A stretch of DNA of 64,000 nt from Vicugna vicugna (taxonomy: Eukaryota). The notes beneath the pieces were generated by a model that searched no databases, was not told where the DNA came from, and saw only the letters and a program-made list of their open reading frames with translations. This document shows, piece after piece, positions 1 through 12,379 of this stretch. The translations under genes and the position numbers were made by a program. Where the stretch lies: positions 13,649,980 through 13,713,979 of the forward strand of contig MU059330.1 of the NCBI GenBank assembly GCA_013265495.1, given 5' to 3'. Within the stretch, counting starts at the first letter, position 1. The number at the start of each line of letters is the position of its first letter.

Positions 1-259
1 CGAGAATCTAACGCACAGCCCTCCTCTACAGCCTAGTTTTCACACGGGGCTGGGTCAGATTTATCGAGAAGAGTGACTTGCTGCTTAGCAGCAACAGTTT
101 GGTGAATAATTCAGAGGGTGTCCAGCTCCTCCACCCTCTGCTCTGTGCACCTGCCTTGTCTTTGGACGGCGTCCTGCTGACAACCGTGCCCCAGGGCCAC
201 CACCGGACCCTTGGGTGTGGACACAGCTCACTCAGAACATTCTGGTGGAAGTAAAACCC

Positions 260-610
260 AAGGGGCTATGAGGTGTCTTGGAAGCTTCTTACACCTGCTG
301 GAGAGCTTGGAGGAGAAGAATGATAAGCCCACGGCTGTGAATGTCCAGCTCGAAGACCAGGTGAGGAGTGAGAAAGTTTCTGTGAGCAGCATCCGGGTGT
401 GTCCTTTGCAGCTATAAAGTCGCACCTTCTGCAGACCAAGCCCACAGGCTACTTCTGCAAAGGGAAAAATGACAGCACAAAATTGAGTGCACGACTTGTG
501 AAGGTGTCATATTAAATGTAGGACATTGACCAGGAAGGGTGTGGAGCCAGAAACTTGGAATGGGGACACTGGGGCAGAATCTGATGAGGCTTTAAACTCA
601 ATCCCCCACA
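260..610 (+). mobile_element. ERVL/MaLR internal (gag-like) remnant, MLT1-int/ERVL-int type
   Basis: 'gagccagaaacttggaatggggacactggg' (~544-573) reads EPETWNGDTG, matching the WDPxTWNGDxW motif of ERVL/MaLR internal sequence as I recall it. The upstream 'ggagagcttggaggagaagaatgataag...ccagctcgaag' also follows that consensus. Degenerate, no intact ORF. Confidence 0.6.
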
Positions 611-906
611 TTCTGCCAAAATTCCTTTACATAACCCACCCCGAGAGGGGTCAGTCTCCCCTTGCCCAAAAAACCTGTGACAATCTCTCCTGAGATCTTG
701 ACCTGAAGGGGACCCTGATTCTCCTCAAGACCTCCCCGCCACCGGTGTTCCTGCAGCGATAGGAGCTCACGCAGGTCTGGGTCACTGCTGGGCAGCAGGA
801 CAGGCTGGGAACGATGAGCTGGCCGTACGGGGGTGAGCACGGAGTGTGCCCCCTCACGGGGTGGCCTGCACACAGAAAGAATCACAAGCTCTTGCTAATT
901 TATATG

Positions 907-970
907 AACAGAAACCTGTAGATTTCTAATTTGTAGTATTTCATAATTTACAGTAACAGAAACCTGTAGA
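907..970. repeat. 16-bp direct repeat (aacagaaacctgtaga) at 907-922 and 955-970
   Basis: Two exact copies 48 bp apart flank a 32-bp AT-rich spacer. Confidence 0.9.
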
Positions 971-2389
971 ATAAGATTGGGAACAGATCCCTGGATGTCT
1001 CATCAAGGTAGAAGGAATGTAATGTGAAAACTGAACAAATAAATTGACATGGGGCTCCGAGCAGAAGTCCGGAGTTCACAGGGTCACTTACGTCCCCGGG
1101 GTGCCTCCAGCCGTTTGCTCCATTGGCTACTGAACCTTGGACCCAAAGGTCACTTGCAGTGAGTGGAGCTGAGATTCGAGAACTTCCTTCCAAGGGGGCT
1201 GGTGTGGGGCCCCTTCAGCTTTAGGAAAACAAATGTAAACAAAGTTTTAAAGAAGTGATACCCTGAGAGCTGTTTTATCGTATGCAACAGACAAAACAGA
1301 TTAATACCCAAAATAGGTGAAGAACTCTCTAGAGACCAATAAGAAAGAAGCAGGGACATCGCCCCGAGCAGGAAACACACCACACTTGTCTAGAAATAAG
1401 GGGGAGCGGTCCTTTCCAGACGAAGTGGCACTTGAACCGCGATGCTGGTGAACGTTTTCAAGTTTGTCAGCTGGATGGGGGTGAGGACGGGGGCTCATGG
1501 CCGCTGTAGGGGCGTGGGGGTGGGGACAGCCAGCAGCACGCCAGCTCGGCCGTCCCAACCCCAGGGCAGCCCCCCAAGGAAAGCCTTACTCGGGTGCACA
1601 TCCCACCCATGATAGTCCCCACAGAACGGTTGTCAGATCCTGAGAGAGACAGCCTGAGACCAACTGGAAAGCGCCCCGCCGAGATACAGTCACCTCGCCC
1701 CGGAAGCTGTGGGCATTGCTTCACGTGGAGAAAGAGTGACATCGCCTCCTATGTGGGGAACGGAGGCCAAGTTCAGGGCCTTCAGAGGAGGTTATTCGGG
1801 CTGATCCAGGGGCCCCGGGCCAGTCTCGTGTGTCCGTGTGGGAGGGTGGCGAAGGAGGTCTGGGGCAGACCCCCGTAGAAGGGGCCACGCGAGGGTGGAG
1901 GCAGCCTGGAGTGAGGCCGATGCCAGCCGGGCCCCTGGACGCACCAGGACCGACCCCTCCCCGGGCCTCAGGAGGCAGCGTGGCCCCGGGACACCTTACG
2001 GCAGACGCTGCCCTCTGGACTGTGAGGCGATGAACCCTTGCTCCGTTTCCTGGTTGGTGGCCGTTTGTTGCACAGCCCAGGAAGCCTGCACGATCCCGTG
2101 TGCTCTCCAGTGTGCGGACGGCTAAGCCCATCGGGGTGTCTTCCTAGGCGCTCTGTGCTCCATGGGGGTTCTAGAAAGAGCGAAGTCCAGAACATACTAC
2201 CCAGGTGCAGATGTGCAAGCTATTCAAGTGAAGAGTACAGGTGCAAAGTAGAGGTACGCACGTGTACAAGATGAGGGCATGGGCCGTGCACACGTCAAGC
2301 ACCAGGAGGCTCGTGCAGGGAGGAGGGCTCAGCACGGTTCTGAGGAGGGGCCAGGGGACCGACTTCCATCTGTAAGTTTTCCTTGCGCC

Positions 2390-2960
2390 AATAAATTAAA
2401 AAGTCCAACGGAGACGTTTGCACTTGCTCATTTAAGGTGGGAGGTTGCTGGCTGTTTATGATAATATCCTCTGATTCCATTGTATGTTTTTCAGTTGTAA
2501 AAGTAAGAGTTAATCATATTATCATGTGCATTATTTCCAGATGGATTTATTTCCCTACAGCGTATAAAAGCCTTCCCATCCAGAGGTTTTACAACCACGG
2601 TGTGCGCGGCTCCAGCTGTATAATTTTGATGATGGGGGTGTTAGCGAAACCAGCCGCAGCCGCTGACAATTGACATCTATCTGTTTAATAGTTTAAGCCC
2701 TATTCTTTCTCAGTGTTCATGTTCTTATAATGCACCATTCGTTTTGTAGTTACGTCTCCGAAGAATAGAATCTTGATCCCCTTCTCTCCATTTTTCTTAA
2801 CTCTTCAATAATAATCCAGGCCATGGCATATCAGGATGGAAATTGCTTCTAAAGAACATTGTAATAAATACACGTCAGGCACATTACATGGGATTTGCTT
2901 ACTTTTGATTTAAAAAGACAACATTTAATCTAAGAACTTGGCATTTGGAGAATTCATCTT
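2390..2960. promoter_or_regulatory. Candidate conserved non-coding element/enhancer (AT-rich unique island)
   Basis: Non-repetitive AT-rich block in GC-rich surroundings, with motifs such as ataaattaa, tgtttatgat, ttaatcat, tgacaattgaca and tgtttaat. Conservation not checked. Confidence 0.4.
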
Positions 2961-4386
2961 CCAGTCCCAAAGCAGAGCTTGGAAGTAAATGCAGAGCCAA
3001 GGAAAGTGAACGTGCCCCCTCCTCCTCTGCTCAAAGTTCACCATTTGCCATTGGCCTCTCCCACAGTGGGTGAGGTCACTGCGCACACTCCAGGGCTGGG
3101 AAAAGAGCGACCAGCCTCTGCAGCCGACTTCTGCGGCCGGCTGCCATGAGCTAAGGAGGAGCAGGTCTGTGGGAGCAGGCTCTGAGCGTCTGCAGTCCCG
3201 GCGCAAGCGGGTCCCTGGGTAAGAGAGCACACGCGTTTGGGTGCTTCTGCAGCAGGAGTTGCTGTGAGATGCACAAAGTTCAAACGCCGATTACATTCAG
3301 CACATTTCAGTGCAAAGGAATTGGTGGGAAACGAATGTTATGGGAATGGCATTTCAGTGGTTTTACAGAGAGAGCAGAAGGGAGGCCTGACCTGTGAGCA
3401 CATCTCCACTCTGTCCTCTTTTGGGCAGAGGAACAGGGATCCTTGCCCACTTTTAATGATGTAATATGAAACACAGGATTTCAGAAGGGAAAGGTTCTCT
3501 GAAGCTCTCGATTCCAATGCCTTCATTTCACATGAGGAACTCAGGCCCCATGATGGAGCCCCTCCAGGGGGCCCGGGTTTGTGCATCCTGAGTTCTCTGG
3601 ACCAGAAATGTGGGAAGAGTAACGCGAGCCTCTTCTCAGTTAGAACTTCAGGCGACACCCTGGTGCAGCCGCATCCTTCCCATCCTGGATTATTGCCTCT
3701 GGACTGGCCACGCTGCTGCCACCGATTTGCTCAGTTCTTCCTGCAGCCGACCACAAACGTCTTTGTAAGATCAAAATCTCAACAGATCACTTTTGTGCTT
3801 AAAACCTACCTGTGGCCCCAAGTTACCCCTGAATAAAGTCTCAAATGCATACCCTGGAACACAAAGCCCCTGTTTTCATTCAGCCTGAGCTCTGGCCATG
3901 TTCCTGAATCCTGTGAGAGCCCACCCAGCGGCCCAAGTGTCCCCTTCACCCCCCTGGCCTTGGCATGTGCTGTTCCCCAGCCAGAACATGATTTTCCGTC
4001 CCCACGCCCAATCCTCTTGGCTGAGACAACCTCATTCCGGTCCCGAGTCTGGCCTTCCTTGCTCCCGGATGTTTTCTCTGAGTGACTAAGACAGCACCAG
4101 TCTTTGCATCTGCCCAACGTCCTGCTTTTCAGTGAACTGCCCTCCCCATACCATCACGATGTGCTGGTAGGGGTGCCAGGCACAGCGCCCACCCCCCCTG
4201 GCCGCAGAGACGGGCGGCAGCCAAGACCCCCTCAGACCTTCCACAGTCTTGGTTCTGGGTGGACGGTAACCCAGCCAGTTCTGCTGGTCCTTTCCTGGGA
4301 TTACAGTGCAAATGTAGGAGAGGTGAGCTTTCTCCCTCCAGCTTCAGCTCCGTCTGTGGCCGCACCCTCCTGGGCTGCTGCCTCCG

Positions 4387-4410
4387 CACACACACACACA
4401 CACACACACA
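4387..4410. repeat. (CA)12 microsatellite
   Basis: Direct read of the sequence. Confidence 0.97.
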
Positions 4411-4775
4411 CTGCTGTTGGGGGGAGAAAGTGGCCAACACAGAGAGGGAAGCAGGGCCAAGAGATGAAGAGAAAGGATCCTGTTGACATAGTCCAGGCTC
4501 CTGGACCATCCATCCTGGGCTCCCCAGGCTATGAGCCAGTCTTGTTTCCTTGTTTAAGCCACTCTGGGTTGGGTTCTGACCCTGTCAGCCGTGTGGGCAG
4601 TGATCACACCGCTTTCCCCACTGCCTGTCCTCTATTTTTTTAAAAGGACCCTGTAACTGCCTGTCCACTGACCACGTTCCCCACGAGGAAGACTGCTCCC
4701 AAACCCCTAAGGTGGTTCGCATTTACTCTGTATGGTGTCTGGTAAATAAGGTGGGGAGGTGGAAAACATTTGTTG

Positions 4776-4852
4776 AGGAAAGGAAGGAAGAGGAGAGAAA
4801 AAGTGATGAAGGGAAGGAGGGAGAAAGGGAGGAAAAAAGGGAGGAAGGAGAA
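4776..4852. repeat. Polypurine (GA-rich) low-complexity tract
   Basis: aggaaaggaaggaagaggagagaaaaag...gggaggaaggagaag is almost purely A/G. Confidence 0.85.
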
Positions 4853-5300
4853 GTCTGCTAAGTGTTGCCAGAGGAAGCCCGGCGGGTCACATAAGGAGAG
4901 CCCAGGGTTAGCCTGACTCAGACTCACTGCCCGAGGGCCACTCAGGCTCCTCTTCCTCCCACCTGCACACTGAGGGCGTCAGCCAAATGGTCCAGCTCCT
5001 TCCCAGCCTCGGCATGACCCTATGGAGTGGAAATGATCAGGTGAGTTTGCTGCCACCGGGAGGGCTCACAGAGACGCTGGACGGCTGCCCGGGGGGGACA
5101 CTGCAGTCAAGATGCAAAGTTTGGAGGAGGCGCTGGACTGGAAGCTTCCATCTGAAAAATTTAGGAATGTCTAGCTTTTAAGAGACATAATAAATCTGTG
5201 ATGACCGTTATCTTTCCAGGTGAAGTCCCGGAACAGCACCTGTTGAATGAGTGAGTGAGTGAGCCAGCAAGTCTGAGCCTAGGGCCCAGGGAACACGTGT

Positions 5301-5334
5301 CTGCAGTGCAATCGCGTTGCCACTAGATGGCACC
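5301..5334 (+). promoter_or_regulatory. CTCF binding site, core plus upstream module
   Basis: CTGCAGTGCA-ATCGCG-TTGCCACTAGATGGCACC. The core matches CCASYAGRKGGCRS exactly, and TGCAGT sits at the known spacing upstream. Confidence 0.75.
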
Positions 5335-6334
5335 CGCGTTCGCTTCGGCAGCGGAGCGCGGGGTTTCCGCTCAGACGCAGAGTCGGGGGACGTGACCAGA
5401 AGTGGGGGAGCATCTGCGTTCGTGGGGTCCCCCGGCCTCCTGCAGGCGAGGCAGCTCTCAGGACGGACAGTCGGCAGACAGGAGGCGAGCCGCCCACCCG
5501 CTTTCCCTGTTGCTGAGCCTGCTCTTTCCAGAAACCAAAATGAGTTTTCACTAGAAGCCTCTCCACCTGATTTCGTCAGCACAGGAGGGAAGGTGGGGTT
5601 ACCGCACGGAAGTTTAGCAGAATTACAACTGGGTTAAAAGACGGGCATGTGTTGTAGGCATTTATAATGAATTCAATTTCCAGAAAGTTCAGGTACCAAA
5701 ACAAACAAGATCCGTGGGCCCTGAAACACCTCCTACTCCGTCAGCTCCCAGGACACCAGCCGCAGTGAGCCCCCCGTGGCCCCAGCCCTGCCCGACTAGG
5801 ACCGCTCTCACACTGACTCCCCGCGTTCATCCTCACCAGCTTCCACACACCCGTGGAGAACTCCTCTCGGCCGCTGTGGGATGAAGCGAGGGTCCAGACC
5901 ACTCAGCTCCCCTCCTGCCCGCTGCCCCCTGCCCTGCAGACACCGCCCAGGAGAATCCCTGAACCTTGGTACCAAGACCCTGGGCCATGTACCACTGCAG
6001 TATGACTGGTTTAAACCTGGGCTGCAGATAAAACAGTGTTGCGTCCAAGCCCCCAGCCAGGACCCCTCCATTTTCAATGAGAAAACGACTGATTTCTAAA
6101 CTATCAGCTCAGTGCTCAATGTTTTGAAAAGGCTGTGGCTTCTCCTTGAATCTCTGCAAATAGATAGGAGCGGGTTAGGGGCTCGGGTGAGCTGTGGACA
6201 CCTGCAGGTACGTACGTGGCCTCCGGTGCCCCATCACACACCCAGTGCTTTGACCTCAGTAGGGAGCAGACCTGAGGGAAATGGAGAGGGCAGTGCCTGG
6301 CCCCCCACCGGCCACACACACGTCACTGACAGTG

Positions 6335-6430
6335 AGAGCGGCCAGCATCCGTGCAGCGCTCCCAGGCACCCAGAGAGCCCTCCTCACATTACCTCATTTA
6401 TTTCCCCAGAAGCCTTGTGAGGTAGATCGA
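6335..6430 (-). mobile_element. MIR SINE fragment (weak)
   Basis: 'cacattacctcatttattccccagaagccttgtgaggtag' resembles the reverse-strand MIR 'cattatctcatttaatcctcacaacaaccctgtgaggtag'. Confidence 0.35.
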
Positions 6431-7877
6431 GTTACAGTCACAAAACTACCGACTGTCACACTGACCACCATGCTCGCCAGGGGCTGTCCTGCCCAGCCAA
6501 GGAGGCTGGCCCCTGAGCACAGGAGGTGCCCCCAAGTCCAAGGCATCCCCATGTCATGTGAGGATGGAGAGAGGAAGTCCTGACATCTCTGAGCACAGGT
6601 AGCACCAAGGCCTGATCTGAAAGGAGCAGAGAATGAAAACAAAGCCAAGCAGGGACAGGAGGGATCAGAGGAGCTGGCTGCTTTGAAGTGCAGCCTGTGA
6701 GTGGGTGACTGGGGAGGCTCGCAGATCAGGGAGGCTGTGAGGTCTGGAAAGTGGAATTTCACGATGCCCTAGTGGTCCCCTGCCCCCACCTCTAGCTCAC
6801 ACCGCAAACCCAAAGCACTGGATCTCAGGGGAATCAAAGGCGGCAAACCTCCCCCACACAGGGCGTAGGGTCCCCCAGAGCCGCCTCCTCACAGGCCACA
6901 AACAGCTGGAGATCAGCAGCGCAGTGTCCACCTGCCATCCTGCCTCGTCCACCGCTGATGGCAGGCAGAGTCAGAACGGTCTCCTGGAAGTCGCAAAAGG
7001 CTTCAAAACCAACCTTTCCCTGGTGAGGCGGGGAGGTGCCTGCCTCCAGCTTCATCACTCGGCGGGAAGGCAAGGAGTCCTTTGCAGGCCAATTATTCCC
7101 GTCTGAACTTCAAACACAGAACAACAAAAATTAATTCAATGGGAACTGGCTAGAAATGCAATCATGCTGCCAAGAAATAAGCCTGCTGCTCTGAAATCAA
7201 TAACACTTACCCAGGGCATTCCAGCCGCTCCTGCAGTGCAGAGGAAGCCGCCCCCCTTCTGCAACTGGTCCAGCGGGGACCGGATGGCCCGGACGCCCCG
7301 GACGCATGGCAGCCACTCTGGAAAGGAAGACAGTGACGCCGCGGGGGGCAGAACCAGCCCGATGGGGGTACACGTCTGCGCCCATCTTCCAAGCTGCGTT
7401 GGGAGAGTGACAACCACCTCTTTGCAACGTGCATCAAGCCCTGGGCCCCTTCTCTGTTTGCGCCTCTTCAGTCAGTTAAAATCAAACTTTTTAAAAATGC
7501 TATAAAAAGACCAAGTCTCTGGAAAAGCCTGCATGACAAGCAAGAGTTTAGGTCTAATTACAAAACATAGATCATGTTGGGATCTGGGAGCGTCCTGCCT
7601 GAGTTCCACGGCTCGGAAAGGGTGGGCCCAGGGCCTGTTCTACTCAGTGATGCTTCAGCGTTAAAGGCCGCCCCCCTCCCCCACGGGTAATGCTCACCTG
7701 TGTGACGCAGGTGCACTGGATGCAATGTGGGTGAGGGGTGTGGGCTGGAAGTGCAGCAGGGCTGAGAGCAGTGCCCTGAATGAGCCTTTTATTGGCAACC
7801 CTCTGCCACAACGCCAGGAGAGCCACGTGTATGTAAAGCACCATGGGGTCAGCTTAAGCATGTGCCCCAGTCTTCCA

Positions 7878-8197
7878 GCAATAGTTTGTTTCTTGTGTCA
7901 TCTTGGCTGGGCCATGGAGCCCAGATATGGGGTCGAGTATTTTTGTGGATATTTCTATGGTGGTGTTTTTTGAGTGAAATTAACATTAAAATTGGTGGAC
8001 TTTGAATAAAGCCTAATATGGGTGGGCCTCATATAATCAGTTGAAGGCCTGGCGAGAACAAAGACTAACCTCCCGGAAGATGAAGTGCATCTCTGCCCTG
8101 AGTCTCCAGCCTGCTGGCCCACCCTGCAGATTTTACACTCTCTAAGCCTCCAGCACTGCATACGTTAATTTCTTAAATTCTCTCTCTCCTCTCTCTA
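7878..8197 (+). mobile_element. MLT2 (ERVL) LTR, MLT2B/D-like
   Basis: Diagnostic segments 'tgtgtcatcttggctgggccatggagcccagatat', 'gggtgggcctcatataatcagttgaaggcctg' and 'ccagcctgctggcccaccctgcagatttt', ending in the typical (TC)n tract. Confidence 0.9.
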
Positions 8198-11039
8198 AAG
8201 ACACAGGCCACAGAAGCAACATAGTATCTCCACCCACAGAGCCTTCTAACCGGAGATGTCTTAGCTGGTGTTTTTTGTCTCTCTGCTTTTGTTAGTGCCT
8301 GTTTTTGCTGAATCCCTGGGTGTAGAAATGCAAGCTAGCATCCCATAAATGTCTCTGCATAAAAAAGGAATGGGATTTGGGGAGCATGGGTGGACCGCTG
8401 CTATCAGCCAGGTCAGAGGAGGACAGAAAAGAGAACGTCTAGGAAGGCGAGACAGGGAGACAGCTTTTGGAGAAATGATGCATCCAGGGCTTGGATGACG
8501 TGGGCATGAGGCTGAAATCCTCCTGGGTCTCCCCTGCAGAGTAAAAGCATCACTCATCACGCTCTCACGCACACATGATCCAGGCAGACAGATTCTCTCG
8601 GGACACGCAAAGAAGGACGCGAGGGTGGAGGGAGGCAGTAGGGCAGGTGGCGTCCCTGGGCTCCGATCCACCAGCTCAGAGCCTGACGTACACCTGCGTG
8701 GCACAGAAAGCGTGCCGCTCAGATCAAATCACAGACCATCTGCACACACCCCCAGTCTCTCTGCACAGCACGGCAAATGCACCTCTGTTGGCTGCCCAGG
8801 GGTGGGGGGAGGCAGACGACATAGGGAGGGGATAGCCCTGGAGTTAGCAGCGACCTTGAGGACCCTCAGTTCACAGCTCCACCTCCTCTGGGGTTGGTGG
8901 GAGGAGGGGAGGGTGTGTCCACCTGCAGCTAACCCTTTGGGGGCGTCTTTTCATTACTGCCACACACAGAATATGTCAAGTCCTGGATCTTCTAGAAGGA
9001 TCCCTCTGCTAATAACAAAGAAACTCTGCACAGATTGAATAAGAGCCCAGCCCAGGTGGGGAGTGCTTGGAAGCAATGCTTCCCCACTGCGGGACGCTCC
9101 CAGTTCCAGCAACTGGAAGGCACATCGGCTGAGGTGGGCTGCAGGGTGCCGAGGTGGCCGGAGACGAGGACATGCACCACCCACAGGCGTCCTTGCAAGA
9201 GGAGGATGCGGCTGGGGAGGAGCTTGGAAAAGGTTGGGATTGGATCCTTGGACCAAAGCCTGGACCCAAGGTGGTGTGGAATAGGCACCTTCTTCTGGAA
9301 TGCCCATTCCATTCTGGAATGTTCACATACAGGTGACAAGACAGAAACAAAACCAAACAAAACTGCAGCTGAGAGCTCCGGGAAGTGGGTGACAGACGGC
9401 TGGGGGGCTCCCTGGCCCTGTGGGGCGGCAGGTGGAGCTCTGCCCCCGTGGGATCCTTCCCTGTCCTCCAGGTCAGTTTTCACCCCTGCTTACTGGGACA
9501 TCATTGTACCCGGTATCTACCTCCCGGGCTGTTGTGCAACATGAAGCACTTGGAGACCCGCCGCACAGCCTGAGGACCCAGATGGGTTTAACCTTGACTC
9601 GCAGCACCATTGTCACGGTCCTTGCAAAGATGCTCCCCGGCTCTTGCATCACTGGCACCCCAGCCCCTGCAGCCGCCCTCTCCGCGTCCAGCTCCTGTGA
9701 CCCGAGGGGGCCGGGCGAGCCGGGAGACTGCTGAATACACACAGGCGGTCATCACAGAATTGTGTCATCCGATAAAACTGACAACAAATCAAATCGGAAG
9801 ACGTCGAGGCCGCTTAGTAAGTTACGGAACATCCACGGGATTCAGTGAAACACAATTATTTTTGAGTCATACTTTCAAACCCAACAGTAAAACAGGGAAG
9901 TGCCACTGTTACTACGTTAAATAGAAGAAGTGTGATAGCAAAACATTAACTTGAGTTCATTCCAACGTTTATAACGGTTACATGTTTTTACTTTTGCAGA
10001 GAAAAGATGTGTTAGTATTCACCGTGATGGAATATTCATGTGTTTTATTTTTATACTTTTCTCTGATATCTAAATAGTCAAGAAATGCTTTTTTTAAAGC
10101 AAACAAACAAAACAAGAGAACAAGGAGATGAGGGGAAGCGTTTAGCTGTGGTGACGCCACGGCCCCGGCCCGGCGCGGGCAAGCAGCCAGCTGAGCGCTC
10201 ACGTGTGTGACGTGGCTCAGCCCTCACCCCCGGAGCCCCTGCGTGAGGGCTCTCTTTAGCCCTGATGGAGCCTCAGGAGGAGACAGACGTGGAGGGACGT
10301 CTGCAGAGGGACCCAGAACATGCTCTGAGGGTCGGATGCAGCCTCTCCACTCTGGAAGGGCTTCAGGGACACGGAAAAACCAGCTGATCTTCGAGCCCTT
10401 GGTGCCAAGATCAGGGCAGCCGCCTGCTGGAATTCCTGGTCGCAGGGACATGACTGCCTTCTCCTGCAGCTCACCCTTGCTCTGAACCACATCACCCAGG
10501 ACCTCAGGCGGACTGAGCTAGAGAAGGAGCCGCCCGGCTCTGGATTCATCAAATTACCGCCTGAACACTACGGTAGGGAATACGCTTGCATCTCTTGACA
10601 AACGTTGTCATCTCAGGGCAGAGCGCCGTCTCCTGCATCCCAGATGGAGCTGGTTGAATTAAGGAAAGTAACAAGGCAACTGGGGTGTCCAGACAGCAGA
10701 CTGATCCACCTTCTAAGGCCTGGAAAGTTCCAGAAGGGTTTTAAACGAGAAGCTGGGAAGTCTGTGGGAGCCCTGCCTGCCGTGCGGCCGGCACCTGGGG
10801 TGGCGTTCCCACCACCTGGCGCCCCCCCCCCGCCCCGCACTTCCCACACCGCAGACACGGCGAGATGGGGATGTTCGGAGGGGATGTCCCCGCATCCCCA
10901 AAGAGCAAACAGAGACTGTTTCTTACACTCTCAGCTGTGTTCCTCTGGCTCAGAAACAAAGAAACATTTCTAAAAGAGGCGTGCACACACTCACAGACCT
11001 AGCGCACAAAGCAAGCTCGCTCCAGGTGTCTGCTCCCGC

Positions 11040-11330
11040 ACGTCCGTGCACTTTCACTGTGTAGTAGATTAAAGCGGCACTTTCTTCTTTCTTCAAAAAT
11101 AAAAGCTGACACTGTAAATGCCTCTAGCACCTCATTAGAACTGTACAATAAGAACGCTGTTTCCTGGAATAAATAGCTTACAAAAGAGACGTGAAATTAA
11201 GTTCCAAGCGGGGCGGCGGTGTAATGTAAATAGAAGTTACACCACCTTCTGAAAACGCTCTCCGCCGCACGGCTGACTTGGGCTCCAAATCTTCCAGGTC
11301 ATTGTTCTCAACTGACATGGATAAGTGGGA
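11040..11330. promoter_or_regulatory. Candidate enhancer island with perfect STAT GAS site TTCCTGGAA (11161-11169) and FOX-type TGTAAATA (11225-11232)
   Basis: Motifs read directly in an AT-rich unique block. Function is inferred. Confidence 0.35.
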
Positions 11331-11691
11331 CTCACCGCTCAGTGCCACCCCCTCCCCACCCCACGCCCCACGCCCCTCCTGGTGGCCACCGGCCTGCCTG
11401 GCCTGTGCTTCCTCTGTGTCCAGCGACCAGCACCAGCCGACGCCTGCCCCACGTCCAACCCCCCATTTCGGCACCAATTCAAGGACACACGTTACTTTAA
11501 AGGGAGAATAAAACAGAAGTCCTGGGCCGTCTGGTCAGGGACCCGCCGAGCCGGGAAGTGAAGTGAAAACGTGGTCCCACCTCGCCGGGGAGGGGCGGGG
11601 CACTGGGAGCACAGCTTATGGGTCCCGGCCGGCTCCTCTACCCCCCACCTGCCCGAGTCCTGCTGGCCCTCCCCACGCTGGTGCGCCAGGC

Positions 11692-11921
11692 CAGGGGCCC
11701 TCAGCCCCAAGGCCATTGCCCGTCAGACCGGACACCTCCTCCGTGTGGGCCGTCCGTGCGGTGTGGGTGTTTAGTGGGCCCCCGACCCACTAGGTGCCAG
11801 TAGCAGCCGTCCCCTGTGCACCCTCTCCCCAGCTTTGACAATCAAAAGTGTCTCCAGACACTGCTAAATGTCTGGGGGGCGGGCAGTGGAGGGCAAAGAC
11901 ACATCCAGGTGAGAACCACTG
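11692..11921 (-). mobile_element. MER20 (hAT-Charlie) DNA transposon, near full length
   Basis: The reverse complement starts 'cagtggttctcacc' and contains 'gacatttagcagtgtctggagacacttttgattgtca' and 'gctactggcacctagtgggt'. The left end 'cagggg..tcagcc' corresponds to the other terminus. Confidence 0.85.
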
Positions 11922-12379
11922 CATCAGACCCGTCTGACCCAGGGCTAAACCTGTGACGGTGGAAGAGGTCACCGCGTCCGTCAGCGCGCAGCCCGGTGCT
12001 TCCCTTACCAAAACGCGCTGAGTGAGAACCAGGTGCTTGTGTGCAAGATTTAAAAAAAAAAAAGTGAGCTAAGCAAACTAGATAATAGGTAATAAATAGA
12101 CGGGTAGATTAAAAACTTAAAGCTGACAATGGTGTAAAAAGCAGTAAAAGTGCATTCGGGAATCTGGGTTTATACTGAAACTTGAATGAAGTGGAAAGAC
12201 TTTGTGCTTGTGTACGCCCCATGTTGGCACTGACTTGTGCCCTGACTTCCAAAAAGCTAGAAACTTCGAGCAAAGGTGGCTCAGGTGATCTGGGAGAGCA
12301 GGGACGCAGCCCTTCCTCCCGCACAGCACAAGGTCTCCCGGAGACAGAGCCCGGCCCCCTGCGCCTCCAGCCTCCGCCC

